A stretch of DNA of 64,000 nucleotides, taken from the IMG/VR virus record IMGVR_UViG_3300047554_000329, positions 28,925 through 92,924 of that record; one strand, written 5' to 3'. Numbering within the stretch: position 1 is the stretch's first letter; each line of letters starts with the position of its first letter. Under the pieces are notes generated by a model, which saw only the letters and a program-made list of their open reading frames with translations, was not told where the DNA came from and searched no databases. The position numbers were made by a program, and so were the translations under genes. Positions 1-10,683 of the stretch are shown here, piece by piece. The DNA comes from a virus.

Positions 1-1
1 T

Positions 2-3000
2 TTTTATGCAACATCAAGCATTAATGACGTTCGTAGAATTGCAGCCACATTTTATAACTCAGCTGGAACAAGTCTTGGAGAATTTCCAATTGCAACATTT
101 ACAATGACAGCAGGGGTAGAGGTAAGGCTTTATGGAACTGTTACTGCTCCTGCAAATGCTGTCTCAATGCGTTTTTATGCTGGTGCTACTACTGGTTCTG
201 TTATTCGTACACTAAACTCAACAATGATTTGGCATAGTGCTCTTGCAGAAGAAACATCTACAATAGGCACATATTTTGATGGCTCTACAAACCATACAGT
301 AATATCTGCAGACTCATACGGTTATGCAAATTATGATGGATATTATGTTGTAAAGAATGGAAAGCTTTTAGCATCTAATTCTGGAATGCCAATGGTTTAT
401 GGTGCTTCTAATGCTACATCATGTTTTTATCAAGATGATGAAGGAGACCCATCCTTAATTCTTCCTGCTGCTGGATTTCTACATTCAAATGGCAATGGAA
501 ATTCACTATCACTTGAAGCATGGCTAAGAATTGTATCTACAGCAACAACAGAAAAAAGAATCTTTGGTCCAATCGGTTCTACTGATGGGCTGTATGTAAG
601 CGGTCCATTCCTAATGCTAAGAATTGACTCCAACTATGGTATGCATTATGTTGGTGAATGGGGCAGACCAATGCTAATCAATATTAACGTATTTGATAAT
701 GGGGCAAACCTATTGGTAAACGGTGAAACAGCTATTTCTCTAAGTTTTGCAAAAGACGACATTGCGTTTAGTGAAGACGATACAGAAGACTTTATTGGTT
801 TCTATGCTCACAGCGATATTCCTAGAATTGATGTAGACTGTGTTGGCATCTATCCATATGTTGTTCCGCAAGAAGTTGCAAAACGTAGATACATTTATGG
901 TCAGGGTATCGAGTTTCCAGAAGAACTAAACAAAGCCTATAACGGAGAGTCATTTCTTGTTGACTACTCTTTTGCAAACTACTCAAACAACTCTGTGTAC
1001 CCAAATACCTTTAAGTGGAGCGAAGCATTAGTAGAAAATCTTGCAGTGGTAAATAACACACTGGCATTGCCAAGCTACACTAAGCCAACAGTATTTCATG
1101 AATCGCTAACAGAGTCAGAATTTTTGTCAGCACTTTATACAACAAATATTGCAGATACTGGAAGGTCAAAAAACTTCTTTCAATTTGAAACAGGAGAAGA
1201 AGGCTACTTTATTTTTGAAAGCCTAGAGCAAATTGCAGATAAGACATCAGCGATTTATGGAGTATTCTCTAGAACTGAGTCAACAACCACAGAGCAAGTG
1301 CTAATAAAGATATTTGATAATAACTCAGGAGATTACCTAAAGGCATCTCTTCTAAACTCAAACGTAGTTTACTCATTCTACTCTGGTGGGGTAGAGGTTT
1401 GGACAGACACAATGGCTGCCACAATATCAGTAGGAGAAGACTTTGTTTGTGGGTTTAGTATTAAGCAGATGGCTGAGAATAATAGTGTTGAGGGCTTGTC
1501 TAGATTCCTATCAAACTCTAGAAACCTAAAGGTATACATTGCTGGTGGAGACACAACATCTTCTGCTGGAAAGATTTCACTAACACACACTTTTGACGGA
1601 TACATCTACTCTGTTGGATTCTCAAGTCCAAGAAACTACAACAAGATAAGTTCCTATTTTGATTCAACCAGCGGTGTAATTGAAAACGTAGATACAGGAG
1701 CAACTGTTACAGCACTGTTAGACCACTATGCGTCATACACCCTGATTGCTAAAATTATTGCAGAACAGCTAGTTATCGATATTGCAATCGATGGATACTG
1801 GCAAGACTATATTCCACTTTCAACACTATCTAAATATATTCTAAACAGCTCATCTGAACAAGAGTACGATATTGACTACATTCAGTTTAATATAGACTAT
1901 CCAAAAGCAGTAGACACATCAAGCTCAATTGTTCGCTCATACCTAAGCTTTCAGACAATTGCTAGCGGTGCAAATTCTATACCAGGAACCAAGGTAGCCC
2001 TAGCTAGCGACAATGCAGTTATTGCAGATGCATCATGGGCAACAAAGATGTACGAAGTTGTAAATGGCGACGTTATTTATCCACCATCATCAGTAGATAA
2101 CCAAACTCTTGCACTAGATATTCATCTAGAGTTTCAGGTAGATGGAATTTTGTCTAATCCATTGTTCATTAGAGAGCTGCAAATTTCTTCAAAAGCACTA
2201 AACACATTTGAAAATCCAATTGACTCTAGACTAGGAACTAGTGCCTATCCATACGTTCTTGATGGAACAGAGTTTGACTATAAAGCAAGTAATCCGATAA
2301 AGATTTATAAAGGAAAGACACCACATTTATATCTAACTGACGAGTCTGGAGTAGGACTGGTTGGAACTGCAACATCTGGAACAAGAGGAATTTACTTTAA
2401 GGTAAACAAGAAAGATGATTCCTTCTATAAGGTTAGTTCGATGAACATGGTTGTTAAATACCCAGGAACAGAGTTTCCAGCATCAGCTACAGAAATTTTT
2501 AACATAGAAGATAACGTAGTTGGAAAAATTTCTTTTTATGTAGTAGCAACAAATAGCGACGGTACAAGAGGAAAGATTTATGCAGAAAAGGATGCTGCAG
2601 CATACTACAACGCAATCATCTTTGTTAATGGAAACAGAACAGGTCAGGCAGAGCTAAACATTGGTCAATGGAACAGTCTCGGAATATCATTTACAAGCAT
2701 TCTAGATTTTGGTGGCACAGATGAAAAGAAGATTAATGTCCTAGACAAGCTACTAATAAACTCATTGTCATTCTTCCAGGTGTCAGATGAAGAATCTAAC
2801 CAATCTGTTTCTATATCAACATGGAACGACATATCTGTTGATATTTGGGATGATTGGGATGCTACAACATGGTATGACCTATTACTTACAGAAAGTGCTC
2901 CAAAGATTTATGGAATTAACCCAAAGGATATCTTCCAAATCTACACAGGAACACACAAAATTATTGCGTATTCTGACAATGATGCAGTTATCCAGTTCAC

Positions 3001-3064
3001 AGCAGACGGATATCGTGCATATTTGAACTATTCACCGTTAACTTATACCATCACTCCTGCATAA
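2..3064 (+). CDS. Large virion structural protein (beta-rich, LamG/ConA-like segments), 5'-truncated
   Basis: The frame is open from position 2 to the ATG at 104, so the gene starts before the window. Ser/Thr/Gly/aromatic-rich, with a LamG-like SLEAWLRI segment. Lies upstream of the portal. Confidence 0.55.
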   Translation, partial: FYATSSINDVRRIAATFYNSAGTSLGEFPIATFTMTAGVEVRLYGTVTAPANAVSMRFYAGATTGSVIRTLNSTMIWHSALAEETSTIGTYFDGSTNHTVISADSYGYANYDGYYVVKNGKLLASNSGMPMVYGASNATSCFYQDDEGDPSLILPAAGFLHSNGNGNSLSLEAWLRIVSTATTEKRIFGPIGSTDGLYVSGPFLMLRIDSNYGMHYVGEWGRPMLININVFDNGANLLVNGETAISLSFAKDDIAFSEDDTEDFIGFYAHSDIPRIDVDCVGIYPYVVPQEVAKRRYIYGQGIEFPEELNKAYNGESFLVDYSFANYSNNSVYPNTFKWSEALVENLAVVNNTLALPSYTKPTVFHESLTESEFLSALYTTNIADTGRSKNFFQFETGEEGYFIFESLEQIADKTSAIYGVFSRTESTTTEQVLIKIFDNNSGDYLKASLLNSNVVYSFYSGGVEVWTDTMAATISVGEDFVCGFSIKQMAENNSVEGLSRFLSNSRNLKVYIAGGDTTSSAGKISLTHTFDGYIYSVGFSSPRNYNKISSYFDSTSGVIENVDTGATVTALLDHYASYTLIAKIIAEQLVIDIAIDGYWQDYIPLSTLSKYILNSSSEQEYDIDYIQFNIDYPKAVDTSSSIVRSYLSFQTIASGANSIPGTKVALASDNAVIADASWATKMYEVVNGDVIYPPSSVDNQTLALDIHLEFQVDGILSNPLFIRELQISSKALNTFENPIDSRLGTSAYPYVLDGTEFDYKASNPIKIYKGKTPHLYLTDESGVGLVGTATSGTRGIYFKVNKKDDSFYKVSSMNMVVKYPGTEFPASATEIFNIEDNVVGKISFYVVATNSDGTRGKIYAEKDAAAYYNAIIFVNGNRTGQAELNIGQWNSLGISFTSILDFGGTDEKKINVLDKLLINSLSFFQVSDEESNQSVSISTWNDISVDIWDDWDATTWYDLLLTESAPKIYGINPKDIFQIYTGTHKIIAYSDNDAVIQFTADGYRAYLNYSPLTYTITPA

Positions 3065-3082
3065 TATGGTATACTAGTGGTT

Positions 3083-3463
3083 ATGAAACAAGAAAAACTA
3101 GACCCAGTTGAGCAAGCCCTGAGCAAAGCTCGCATCCAAGTAATTGAAAAGCATTACGATTGGGGGCTTTATGTCTGGATTCGTGAGAATGGAAAACCAT
3201 TTACTGACGACGATGGTAACATTTTAAACATTCCATCAAAGAAAAATGACGAGTCTCAGATTGCAAAACTTAAAGATGCTGCAACATATTATGGAGAGCC
3301 TAACGGTCACCCAATTTTTTACCCTGGTCTTGGAAGAATTACAGACGAGGAACACAGCGAGCAAATTGACAGAATGAAGCAGGGTCTTATTCCTAACCTT
3401 AATGACCTAGGTGCTGTTCACGCTGCCAAGCAGACAATCGCACTTTACGGAGATGAAGAATAA
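3083..3463 (+). CDS. Hypothetical protein upstream of portal
   Basis: ORF with TATACT (3070-3075) just upstream; stop overlaps the portal ATG (TAATG). Confidence 0.7.
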   Translation: MKQEKLDPVEQALSKARIQVIEKHYDWGLYVWIRENGKPFTDDDGNILNIPSKKNDESQIAKLKDAATYYGEPNGHPIFYPGLGRITDEEHSEQIDRMKQGLIPNLNDLGAVHAAKQTIALYGDEE

Positions 3464-5061
3464 TGGAAGAATACATTATTGGTGCTTCGCTGCCAGAATT
3501 TGATGCAGAAGAAGACCTGTTTAAAAAGCAAGACCCATTTGTAAAATCGTGGGATGACCTAAAGGGTCTAAACGGTCTTGACATCAACTTTAAGAGACGT
3601 TCAACACGTCAGCTATCTAAGGCAGACGTAACTAGCGATGCCTATCTTGACAGTGCTATGGCTGTTAGTGCAGGTATCAATGGAGCAAAGTCTAAGGAGC
3701 TAAATCCTGGCAAAATCTTTAAGAATGGCTACGGACTATTTGACGTAATCACTCCACCATGGAATCTATACGAACTTGCAAACTACTACGACACATCATT
3801 TGCTAATCACGCTGCCATTGATGCCAAGGTAGAGAACATTGTTGGTCTTGGTTATGACTTCCACGTCACAGATAGAACTGCTATGCGTCTAGAAGGAATG
3901 GAAGACCAGGCAGCCATCAAGCGAGCACGTAGCAGGGTAGAACGTGCCAAGGTAGAACTAAAAGACTGGCTAGAAACTCTAAACGACGAAGATTCATTCA
4001 CACACACCATGATGAAGATTTATACAGACCTTCAGGCAACTGGTAATGGATATATGGAAATTGGTAGAACTGTTACTGGAGAAATTGGTTACGTTGGTCA
4101 CATTCCAACCACCACCATGCGTGTACGCAGACTAAAGGATGGGTATGTTCAGATTATTGGCGAGAAGGTTGTTTACTTCCGTAACTTTGGTGCAAAGAAT
4201 CCAAATCCAATTACGTCTGACCAGAGACCAAACGAGATTATTCACTTCAAGGAATACTCACCACTAAACACCTACTATGGTGTTCCAGACATCATCTCAG
4301 CAATTACAGCATTGCAGGGAGACCAGCTAGCATCGCAATATAACATTGACTACTTTGGCAACAAAGCTGTTCCACGTTATGTTGTAACTCTAAAGGGTGC
4401 AAAGCTATCGTCAGATGCAGAAGATAAGATGTTTAGATTCTTGCAGACCAGCCTAAAGGGTCAGTCACACAGAACTCTTTACATTCCACTTCCAGGAGAC
4501 TCAGATACTAACAAGGTTGAGTTTAAGATGGAACCAATTGAAAATGGCGTACAGGAGGCATCATTCAATGAATATAGAGTTCGTAACCGTGACGACATCT
4601 TGGTTGCTCACCAAGTTCCACTCTCCAAGATTGGTGGCGGTGATGCAGCATCTATTGCAGCTGCCCTAGCACAGGACCGCACGTTTAAGGAGCAGGTAGC
4701 AAGACCAGCACAAAGAAACGTAGAAAAACTTATCAATAGAATCATCAAAGAGAAGACCGACATTCTTGAACTCAAGTTTAACGAGCTTACTCTTACAGAT
4801 GAGATTGCACAGTCGCAGATTCTTGAGCGTTATGTCAAGACTCAGATTATGGTTCCAAACGAAGCTCGTGAAATTCTTGGTCTGCCACAAAGACCAGATG
4901 GCGACGAGGCATTTCAGATGACACCAAGACAAGCAACTGACGCTCGTGCTAACATGGCAGATAACCGCCAGCGTGATACAGAGCGAGCAAACAATGCATC
5001 TGACAGCACTGCAACCACCACTGGACGAAACGCCCAGGGTGAGGGTAGAGCAGTACAATAA
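3463..5061 (+). CDS. Portal protein (HK97/PBSX-like)
   Basis: Motifs DLQATGNGYMEI, EIIHFKEYSPLNTYYGVP, ILVAHQVP, NEAREILGLP; precedes protease and capsid. Confidence 0.93.
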   Translation: MEEYIIGASLPEFDAEEDLFKKQDPFVKSWDDLKGLNGLDINFKRRSTRQLSKADVTSDAYLDSAMAVSAGINGAKSKELNPGKIFKNGYGLFDVITPPWNLYELANYYDTSFANHAAIDAKVENIVGLGYDFHVTDRTAMRLEGMEDQAAIKRARSRVERAKVELKDWLETLNDEDSFTHTMMKIYTDLQATGNGYMEIGRTVTGEIGYVGHIPTTTMRVRRLKDGYVQIIGEKVVYFRNFGAKNPNPITSDQRPNEIIHFKEYSPLNTYYGVPDIISAITALQGDQLASQYNIDYFGNKAVPRYVVTLKGAKLSSDAEDKMFRFLQTSLKGQSHRTLYIPLPGDSDTNKVEFKMEPIENGVQEASFNEYRVRNRDDILVAHQVPLSKIGGGDAASIAAALAQDRTFKEQVARPAQRNVEKLINRIIKEKTDILELKFNELTLTDEIAQSQILERYVKTQIMVPNEAREILGLPQRPDGDEAFQMTPRQATDARANMADNRQRDTERANNASDSTATTTGRNAQGEGRAVQ

Positions 5062-5118
5062 AAAGTATGTTACAATAGAGTAACAATACTTATAAAAAGG
5101 GTATATAATTAAGGTAAT

Positions 5119-6381
5119 ATGACTATTCAAAAAGCTCATTGGAACACTGAAGGCGACAACGTTCGTCTATCAATGCCATTTAACAAGGTAGATAAAGAGA
5201 GACGTATCGTCTCTGGATTTGCTACACTTGACAATCTAGATAAGCAAAATGATATTGTCACTCCAGAAGCATCTCTAAATGCTTTCTCAAAATTCCGTGG
5301 AAACATTCGTGAAATGCACCAGCCTCTTGCTGTTGGCAAAATGGTTTCCTTTAAAGAAGACAAGTTCTTCGACCCAGAGACAAAGAAGATGTACTCTGGT
5401 ATTTACGTTTCAGCCTACGTATCCAAGGGTGCTCAAGACACCTGGGAAAAGGTTTTGGATGGAACCCTTTCGGGTTTCTCAATTGGTGGTAAGATGAACA
5501 AGTGGGACGATGGCTACGATGAGAAGATGGACTCCAAGGTTAGAATTATTAAAGACTATGACCTTGTTGAGCTTTCTCTTGTAGATACCCCAGCCAACCA
5601 ATTTGCAAATATTCTTTCTGTTGAAAAAGTTGACGGTGTTGATGTTGTTAAAGGCATGGACACAGTTATCGAAAACGTGTTCTGGGACTCTGAGTCTGGA
5701 CTAGTTCTGCTTTCTGAAAATGAAACAGAGATTAGCCCAACTTCAGGTGTGCCTATGCAGAACATTGGCTTCGTTGAAAAATCAGACAACGAAAAAACAG
5801 AAATGCTAAAGTTCTTAGTTGATAGTGCTAAAGGCATTAAAACTTCTAAGATAACAAAGGAGGAAAGTCCTATGACTGACGCAACAAATGAAGTGGTTGA
5901 AGAGACCACAGTTGAGACAGTAGAGGTTGCTCCAGAGGCAGATGCCGTAGTTGAAGAAGCAGTATCAGAAGAGGTTACAGAAGAGGCTCCAGTAGTCGAA
6001 GAAGTAACAGAAGAAGCTCCTGCAGAAGAAGCTGAAGAGGTATCTCCAGCAGACGATGAAACCGAAAAGACACTAGTTGTTAACGCAGTTTCAGAAATCA
6101 AGGATACTCTAACATCAGCCTTTAGCGACCTTGCATCAATCGTAAAGAGCCTACAGGCTCAGGTTGATGAACTCAACAAATCAATTGATTCCGTAAAAAC
6201 TGAGGTAAAGGAATCAAAGGATGTATTTAACGAATTTGGAAAGAGAGTTGACGCTGTTGAAGCTGATACTGCTTTCCGCAAGTCTGGCGACATCGGTGAT
6301 GTCGTACAGTTTGAACCAGAACAGGTTCAGAAATCCCTATGGGACGGTCGTTTCCTCAAAACAACCGATTTATTCAAATAA
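5119..6381 (+). CDS. Prohead protease (HK97-type) fused to an acidic scaffold domain
   Basis: RIVSGFAT..DKQND, REMH, GFSIGG, ELSLVDTPAN protease motifs, followed by a Glu-rich low-complexity region and a coiled coil. Confidence 0.9.
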   Translation: MTIQKAHWNTEGDNVRLSMPFNKVDKERRIVSGFATLDNLDKQNDIVTPEASLNAFSKFRGNIREMHQPLAVGKMVSFKEDKFFDPETKKMYSGIYVSAYVSKGAQDTWEKVLDGTLSGFSIGGKMNKWDDGYDEKMDSKVRIIKDYDLVELSLVDTPANQFANILSVEKVDGVDVVKGMDTVIENVFWDSESGLVLLSENETEISPTSGVPMQNIGFVEKSDNEKTEMLKFLVDSAKGIKTSKITKEESPMTDATNEVVEETTVETVEVAPEADAVVEEAVSEEVTEEAPVVEEVTEEAPAEEAEEVSPADDETEKTLVVNAVSEIKDTLTSAFSDLASIVKSLQAQVDELNKSIDSVKTEVKESKDVFNEFGKRVDAVEADTAFRKSGDIGDVVQFEPEQVQKSLWDGRFLKTTDLFK

Positions 6382-6403
6382 AAATCACTAGGAGGTGACA
6401 ATT

Positions 6404-7498
6404 ATGTCGGAAGAAATTATTAAAAACTATCCAGGAGCAGGTGCTAACGAGGTTAACTCGGAAGGTGCTTTCGCTTCAGGTGGCATTGGTGGCGTTACTA
6501 ACCCAGGAGCTTCAACTCTCGGAAACGTCCCAACTGCTGAATTTGGTGTACTAACTGGTCCTAACGCTGTAACCCCTAGTGGTTCTGCTGCTAGCGGTAT
6601 TCTACGTCCTGAACAGGCTCGTAGATTTATCGATTATGTCTGGGACGGTACAGTCCTAGCCAAGGACGGTCGCCGTGTAACAATGCGAGCCAACACAATG
6701 GAACTTGAAAAGGTTAACGTTGGTGAGCGTGTTATTCGTGCTGCTAACCAGGGTGATGCAACATACACCAACGCTGGTGCTACATTCTCTAAGGTCGAAC
6801 TTACTACAAAGAAGATTCGTCTTGACTGGGAAGTATCAGCTGAGGCTCTAGAAGACAACGTTGAAGGTGCTGCTCTTGAAGACCACCTAGTCCGTCTAAT
6901 GACAAACGCATTTGCGAATGACATTGAGGACCTAGCAATCAACGGTACTGGTACAGGGGTGAACAACTTCCTTAACATTATGGAAGGTTTCGTAAGCCGT
7001 ACCAAGACCGATGGATACGCACACGAATACGTTGCTACTATCGCTAACAACGCATTTACACCAGAGGTTCTACAGCAAGTTGTAGACCGTCTACCTCGTA
7101 AGTACCGTGCTCTAAAGAATGGTCTGAAGTTCTACGCAGGAACCTCAGCATTCCAGGGCATCGTAAGAAACCACGGAACTGCTTCGAACAACATTTGGAC
7201 AGAGCAGTACCGCAACTCTTACCTAGCTGGTACTGACCAGGTAATTGGTGAGGCTCGTGCCACTCGTGTACTAGGTATTCCTGTTATGGAAGTACCTTAC
7301 TACCCAGAAGGCTTCGTAGACCTAACCTTCCCAAGCAACCGCATTTGGGGTTTCCAGAGAGACATCACTGTAAACCGTGAGTACGTTGCAAAGAAGGACA
7401 CCATCGAATACACCGTCTTCGTACGTTTTGGTATTCAGTGGGAAGAGCAGGACGCTATCGCATACGTTGACAGCGACTCTGTTGACTCAAGCCTATAA
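6404..7498 (+). CDS. Major capsid protein (HK97 fold)
   Basis: SD AGGAGGTG before ATG 6404; EALEDNVEG, DIEDLAINGTG, GIPVMEVP motifs; position after protease; followed by a terminator. Confidence 0.92.
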   Translation: MSEEIIKNYPGAGANEVNSEGAFASGGIGGVTNPGASTLGNVPTAEFGVLTGPNAVTPSGSAASGILRPEQARRFIDYVWDGTVLAKDGRRVTMRANTMELEKVNVGERVIRAANQGDATYTNAGATFSKVELTTKKIRLDWEVSAEALEDNVEGAALEDHLVRLMTNAFANDIEDLAINGTGTGVNNFLNIMEGFVSRTKTDGYAHEYVATIANNAFTPEVLQQVVDRLPRKYRALKNGLKFYAGTSAFQGIVRNHGTASNNIWTEQYRNSYLAGTDQVIGEARATRVLGIPVMEVPYYPEGFVDLTFPSNRIWGFQRDITVNREYVAKKDTIEYTVFVRFGIQWEEQDAIAYVDSDSVDSSL

Positions 7499-7516
7499 TC
7501 TTGAGTTGCCCAACTT

Positions 7517-7558
7517 GGAGGGGGTAGGAGCTTCGGCTTCTACCCCTTTCTACTTTTT
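7517..7558 (+). terminator. Intrinsic terminator after capsid gene
   Basis: GGGGTAGGAGC-TTCG-GCTTCTACCCC hairpin followed by a T-rich tail. Confidence 0.85.
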
Positions 7559-7587
7559 ATCTGCTATAATGTAAATTGGAGGAAATC

Positions 7588-8028
7588 ATGTCAAATGAAA
7601 CACTAAACGAGTCTACGACAGAAATTACAGTAGACGCAACAGAAGCAACTGAAGTTGCAGTAGATGATGTACAGGTAAGCCTAGAGGTAACCGCATCAGG
7701 AACAAAAGCTGGTATTGAAACAAATGAGGCTGGTGTAATTGCATCGCCATCAAAGAAAAAAGGTAAGCCAGGACCATCAGTAGTAGTCGTAAATGGAGCT
7801 ATTGGTTCTCCAGGAGCAGAGCGTAAAGACGCTCCCAAAGTCGTGGCAGAGCCAAAGAAAAAGGAAACAGTTGCACTATTCTCAACAAAGAACGTTTATT
7901 GGGAAAACGTTGGAGAGATTAAGCGTGGCTACAACTTTGTAACACCAGAACAAGCTAAGTATTGGCTAAAGAGAACCCACGTTCGTGAAGCTACCGCAGC
8001 AGAAATCAAAGAGGCGTTGAACAATTAG
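7588..8028 (+). CDS. Hypothetical head-associated protein
   Basis: SD GGAGG before ATG 7588; own TGCTATAAT promoter; lies between capsid and adaptor. Confidence 0.6.
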   Translation: MSNETLNESTTEITVDATEATEVAVDDVQVSLEVTASGTKAGIETNEAGVIASPSKKKGKPGPSVVVVNGAIGSPGAERKDAPKVVAEPKKKETVALFSTKNVYWENVGEIKRGYNFVTPEQAKYWLKRTHVREATAAEIKEALNN

Positions 8029-8951
8029 TGGAGATTCTTAGAGTAGATACAGCAACAACACCATTTCAGCTGGGGACACAGAAGTTCCAGTTCCCAATCG
8101 TTGTTGATGGGTATGCCAGTACAGCAGTAACAGTAAATGTTACAGACCTTTCAGATTCCACTCTTGTAATGGATGCTGTACAAGCTACCACTACTTCTGC
8201 ATCAAAGCTAACTATCTCAGTGCCACTAAAGTATGACGCTGATTACAAAATTCAGGTCTATAACACTCATGGGGCAGTTGCAGCAGCCAACCTAGTCTAC
8301 GAGGACTTCTACGAGGTCCGTAGACCCTATGTAGACCCAAATACAAAGGCTACTACAGCTACAGACATTGCTGCTTACGCAGCTAACGAACAGCTGGCTA
8401 GAGCAATCATTGACTCAATCGTAACTGATGGATTTTACTACAAGAAGAAGGCTATTCTTGCAATCGGCAACGGTAGCGACTTTATCCCAGTATGGGACAA
8501 CGTAAAGAGTATTCTTTCTGTGTACGAAAATAACGTTTTGGTAACAGCCAAGACATTTGAGCTTACCAGAGATGGCTCTGCAATTACTCAGGTATACACA
8601 GGAGAACTAAATAGAAGCGAGTCAGCACCAGTATTGCTACCAGCATCTAGCTCTGACTATACAGAGTTAATCTATGGATATACTGGTTTTCCAAGAGAGT
8701 ATGACTATAAGATTATTGCTGAAGTTGGATATCTAAATATTCCAGCAGATATCAAGAAGGCTACAGAGCTACTTATTGACGACATTAACTGCGGAAGACT
8801 TGACTACTACAAGAGATACATTGGCTCGTACAACACAGACCAGTTTAGAATTCAGTTTGACAAGGCAGTATTTGAGGGAACTGGAAATATTCTAGTAGAC
8901 AAGATTCTAGAAAAATATAAGAAGCCAGTGACACGTCCAGGAGTGTTGTAA
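8028..8951 (+). CDS. Head-to-tail adaptor/connector
   Basis: C-terminal GYLNIPADIKKAT..L and DKILEKYKK typical of adaptors; synteny. Confidence 0.7.
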   Translation: MEILRVDTATTPFQLGTQKFQFPIVVDGYASTAVTVNVTDLSDSTLVMDAVQATTTSASKLTISVPLKYDADYKIQVYNTHGAVAAANLVYEDFYEVRRPYVDPNTKATTATDIAAYAANEQLARAIIDSIVTDGFYYKKKAILAIGNGSDFIPVWDNVKSILSVYENNVLVTAKTFELTRDGSAITQVYTGELNRSESAPVLLPASSSDYTELIYGYTGFPREYDYKIIAEVGYLNIPADIKKATELLIDDINCGRLDYYKRYIGSYNTDQFRIQFDKAVFEGTGNILVDKILEKYKKPVTRPGVL

Positions 8952-8952
8952 A

Positions 8953-9402
8953 GTGGTCATATGCGAAACTCCAGACTTTGCCTTCCCAATGCTTGCAGAC
9001 GTTTACTATCCAATTGTTGAGCAGGGTGCTTATGGCGATGTCAAAAAAAACTGGGTACTAGATAAGACCATTGCCTGTCAGTTTAACACAGCAGGAACAG
9101 CAAACAAGGAAGAGCTTAGACCAGAAGTAAAACTAATTCAAGATAGTTCGCTAATCGGTAGGGTTAAGAGCGATATCCGTTTTTCTAGTGAAGAACAAAA
9201 GAATGCTCTTACAAATATCGTAGTCACAAATATCCGTGACAAGAATGGCAATCTAATTTATTTAGAGGTATCTGGTCCACGTGCTGGTCAGCCAACAATC
9301 TTTGAGCTAGCAACCTTTGACCCATTTATGGGACCATTTGGAAACGTAGAGTACTACAAAATATTGCTAAGGCGTTCAGAGAATCAGGGAAGTGACCTAT
9401 GA
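8953..9402 (+). CDS. Head closure/stopper protein (putative)
   Basis: Size, synteny, and a GAYGDV-type beta-hairpin motif. Confidence 0.55.
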   Translation: MVICETPDFAFPMLADVYYPIVEQGAYGDVKKNWVLDKTIACQFNTAGTANKEELRPEVKLIQDSSLIGRVKSDIRFSSEEQKNALTNIVVTNIRDKNGNLIYLEVSGPRAGQPTIFELATFDPFMGPFGNVEYYKILLRRSENQGSDL

Positions 9403-10079
9403 TAACTCTAACTATTGACTCTAATGAATTTTACCAAGACATGAAGAACATCATTGATTATTCGAATGGATTTCTTGAAGGAACACAAGCTGGAAAGAAA
9501 AAGTTTTTGGATGGTCTGGGACAAGACCTATCAGAGTTTCTAAAAAACTTTATAGACTCAAACGCAAGGGTAAATCCAGAAGTTCTTCACCACGTTTATG
9601 AGTGGCATCAGATTGGTCAGCCAGGTGCAAGACTATTTGACATCCAGTACACAGTATCAGACAGTGGGTTGTCTTTTTCTGGAACACTATCACAGTCTAA
9701 GTCAATTAAGAATGGCTCTACCGTTCCATTCTACAATAAGGCAAGCATCATGGAAAATGGCGTTCCAGTAACCATTAGACCAAAGAGAGGCAGAGTCCTA
9801 AGATTTGAGCAAGATGGGCAAGTCTATTACGTCTCTGGAAAAGTTTCTGTTCAAAATCCTGGTGGAGATTACGCCAAAGATGGATTTAGAAATGTGTTCG
9901 ACTCATTCTTTAGCAACCCTGTAACTCAGTCTTTCTTGGAGTCTAGCGGTATCGCTAAGTATATTGAAACACCAGCAGTCTTTAAGAAGAACATTAGGGC
10001 TGGAAAAAATAGCGGTAGAGCAGTAGGCTTTGACACAGGATACAAGTGGATTGCTAACGCTGCAGGAGGAGTTCTATAA
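9399..10079 (+). CDS. Neck/tail completion protein (putative)
   Basis: Synteny; ASIMENG..VTIRPKRGRVLRF motif common in neck proteins. Confidence 0.55.
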   Translation: MITLTIDSNEFYQDMKNIIDYSNGFLEGTQAGKKKFLDGLGQDLSEFLKNFIDSNARVNPEVLHHVYEWHQIGQPGARLFDIQYTVSDSGLSFSGTLSQSKSIKNGSTVPFYNKASIMENGVPVTIRPKRGRVLRFEQDGQVYYVSGKVSVQNPGGDYAKDGFRNVFDSFFSNPVTQSFLESSGIAKYIETPAVFKKNIRAGKNSGRAVGFDTGYKWIANAAGGVL

Positions 10080-10609
10080 TGACAACAACATCAATTCTAA
10101 ATACCCCAATGCTATGGGTTAACCACTACCTAAAAGAAAAGCTAGAGACACTAGGCTTTGACACGGTTCCATTCTTTCCAAGCACACCATCAACTATTGA
10201 CAACCTGACATCATCATTTCCAGATGGTGGTATCATGTGTACTTACGACAGACTTATTCGTATGCGTAGAAAGGCATTCCCACACATCAAGTGTGAGCAG
10301 GGGCTGTACTACTTCTATGCAACAGCAGAAAATTCAGTAGTCAATATGATTAAGATTACAGAAAAGGTTCTTAGGCTAATGGACCGTTCAGACGAAACAG
10401 CAGAAGAAGTAAATGAGTGGGCAAGGCAAAAAGGCTCAATCATTGTAAACGGAGAAACCATTGAGCCTAATTTTTACTTCCACAATTTCAAGGTATATCA
10501 GCTTGAAGAGGTGAGAGACATTATTGATTTTGGTACTGCTAGAACATATGGCGGTAACAAGATTATTATTGAGTATGACTACCATATGGTTGATAAAGAC
10601 TTTATTTAA
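10079..10609 (+). CDS. Tail terminator protein (putative)
   Basis: Immediately upstream of tail tube gene; size. Confidence 0.5.
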   Translation: MTTTSILNTPMLWVNHYLKEKLETLGFDTVPFFPSTPSTIDNLTSSFPDGGIMCTYDRLIRMRRKAFPHIKCEQGLYYFYATAENSVVNMIKITEKVLRLMDRSDETAEEVNEWARQKGSIIVNGETIEPNFYFHNFKVYQLEEVRDIIDFGTARTYGGNKIIIEYDYHMVDKDFI

Positions 10610-10683
10610 TTCATAAAAGGTCGTTATACTTATATTGAGGAAACACCCCCATTAATTCCATAAGAATAAGAGGTGAAAAAATT

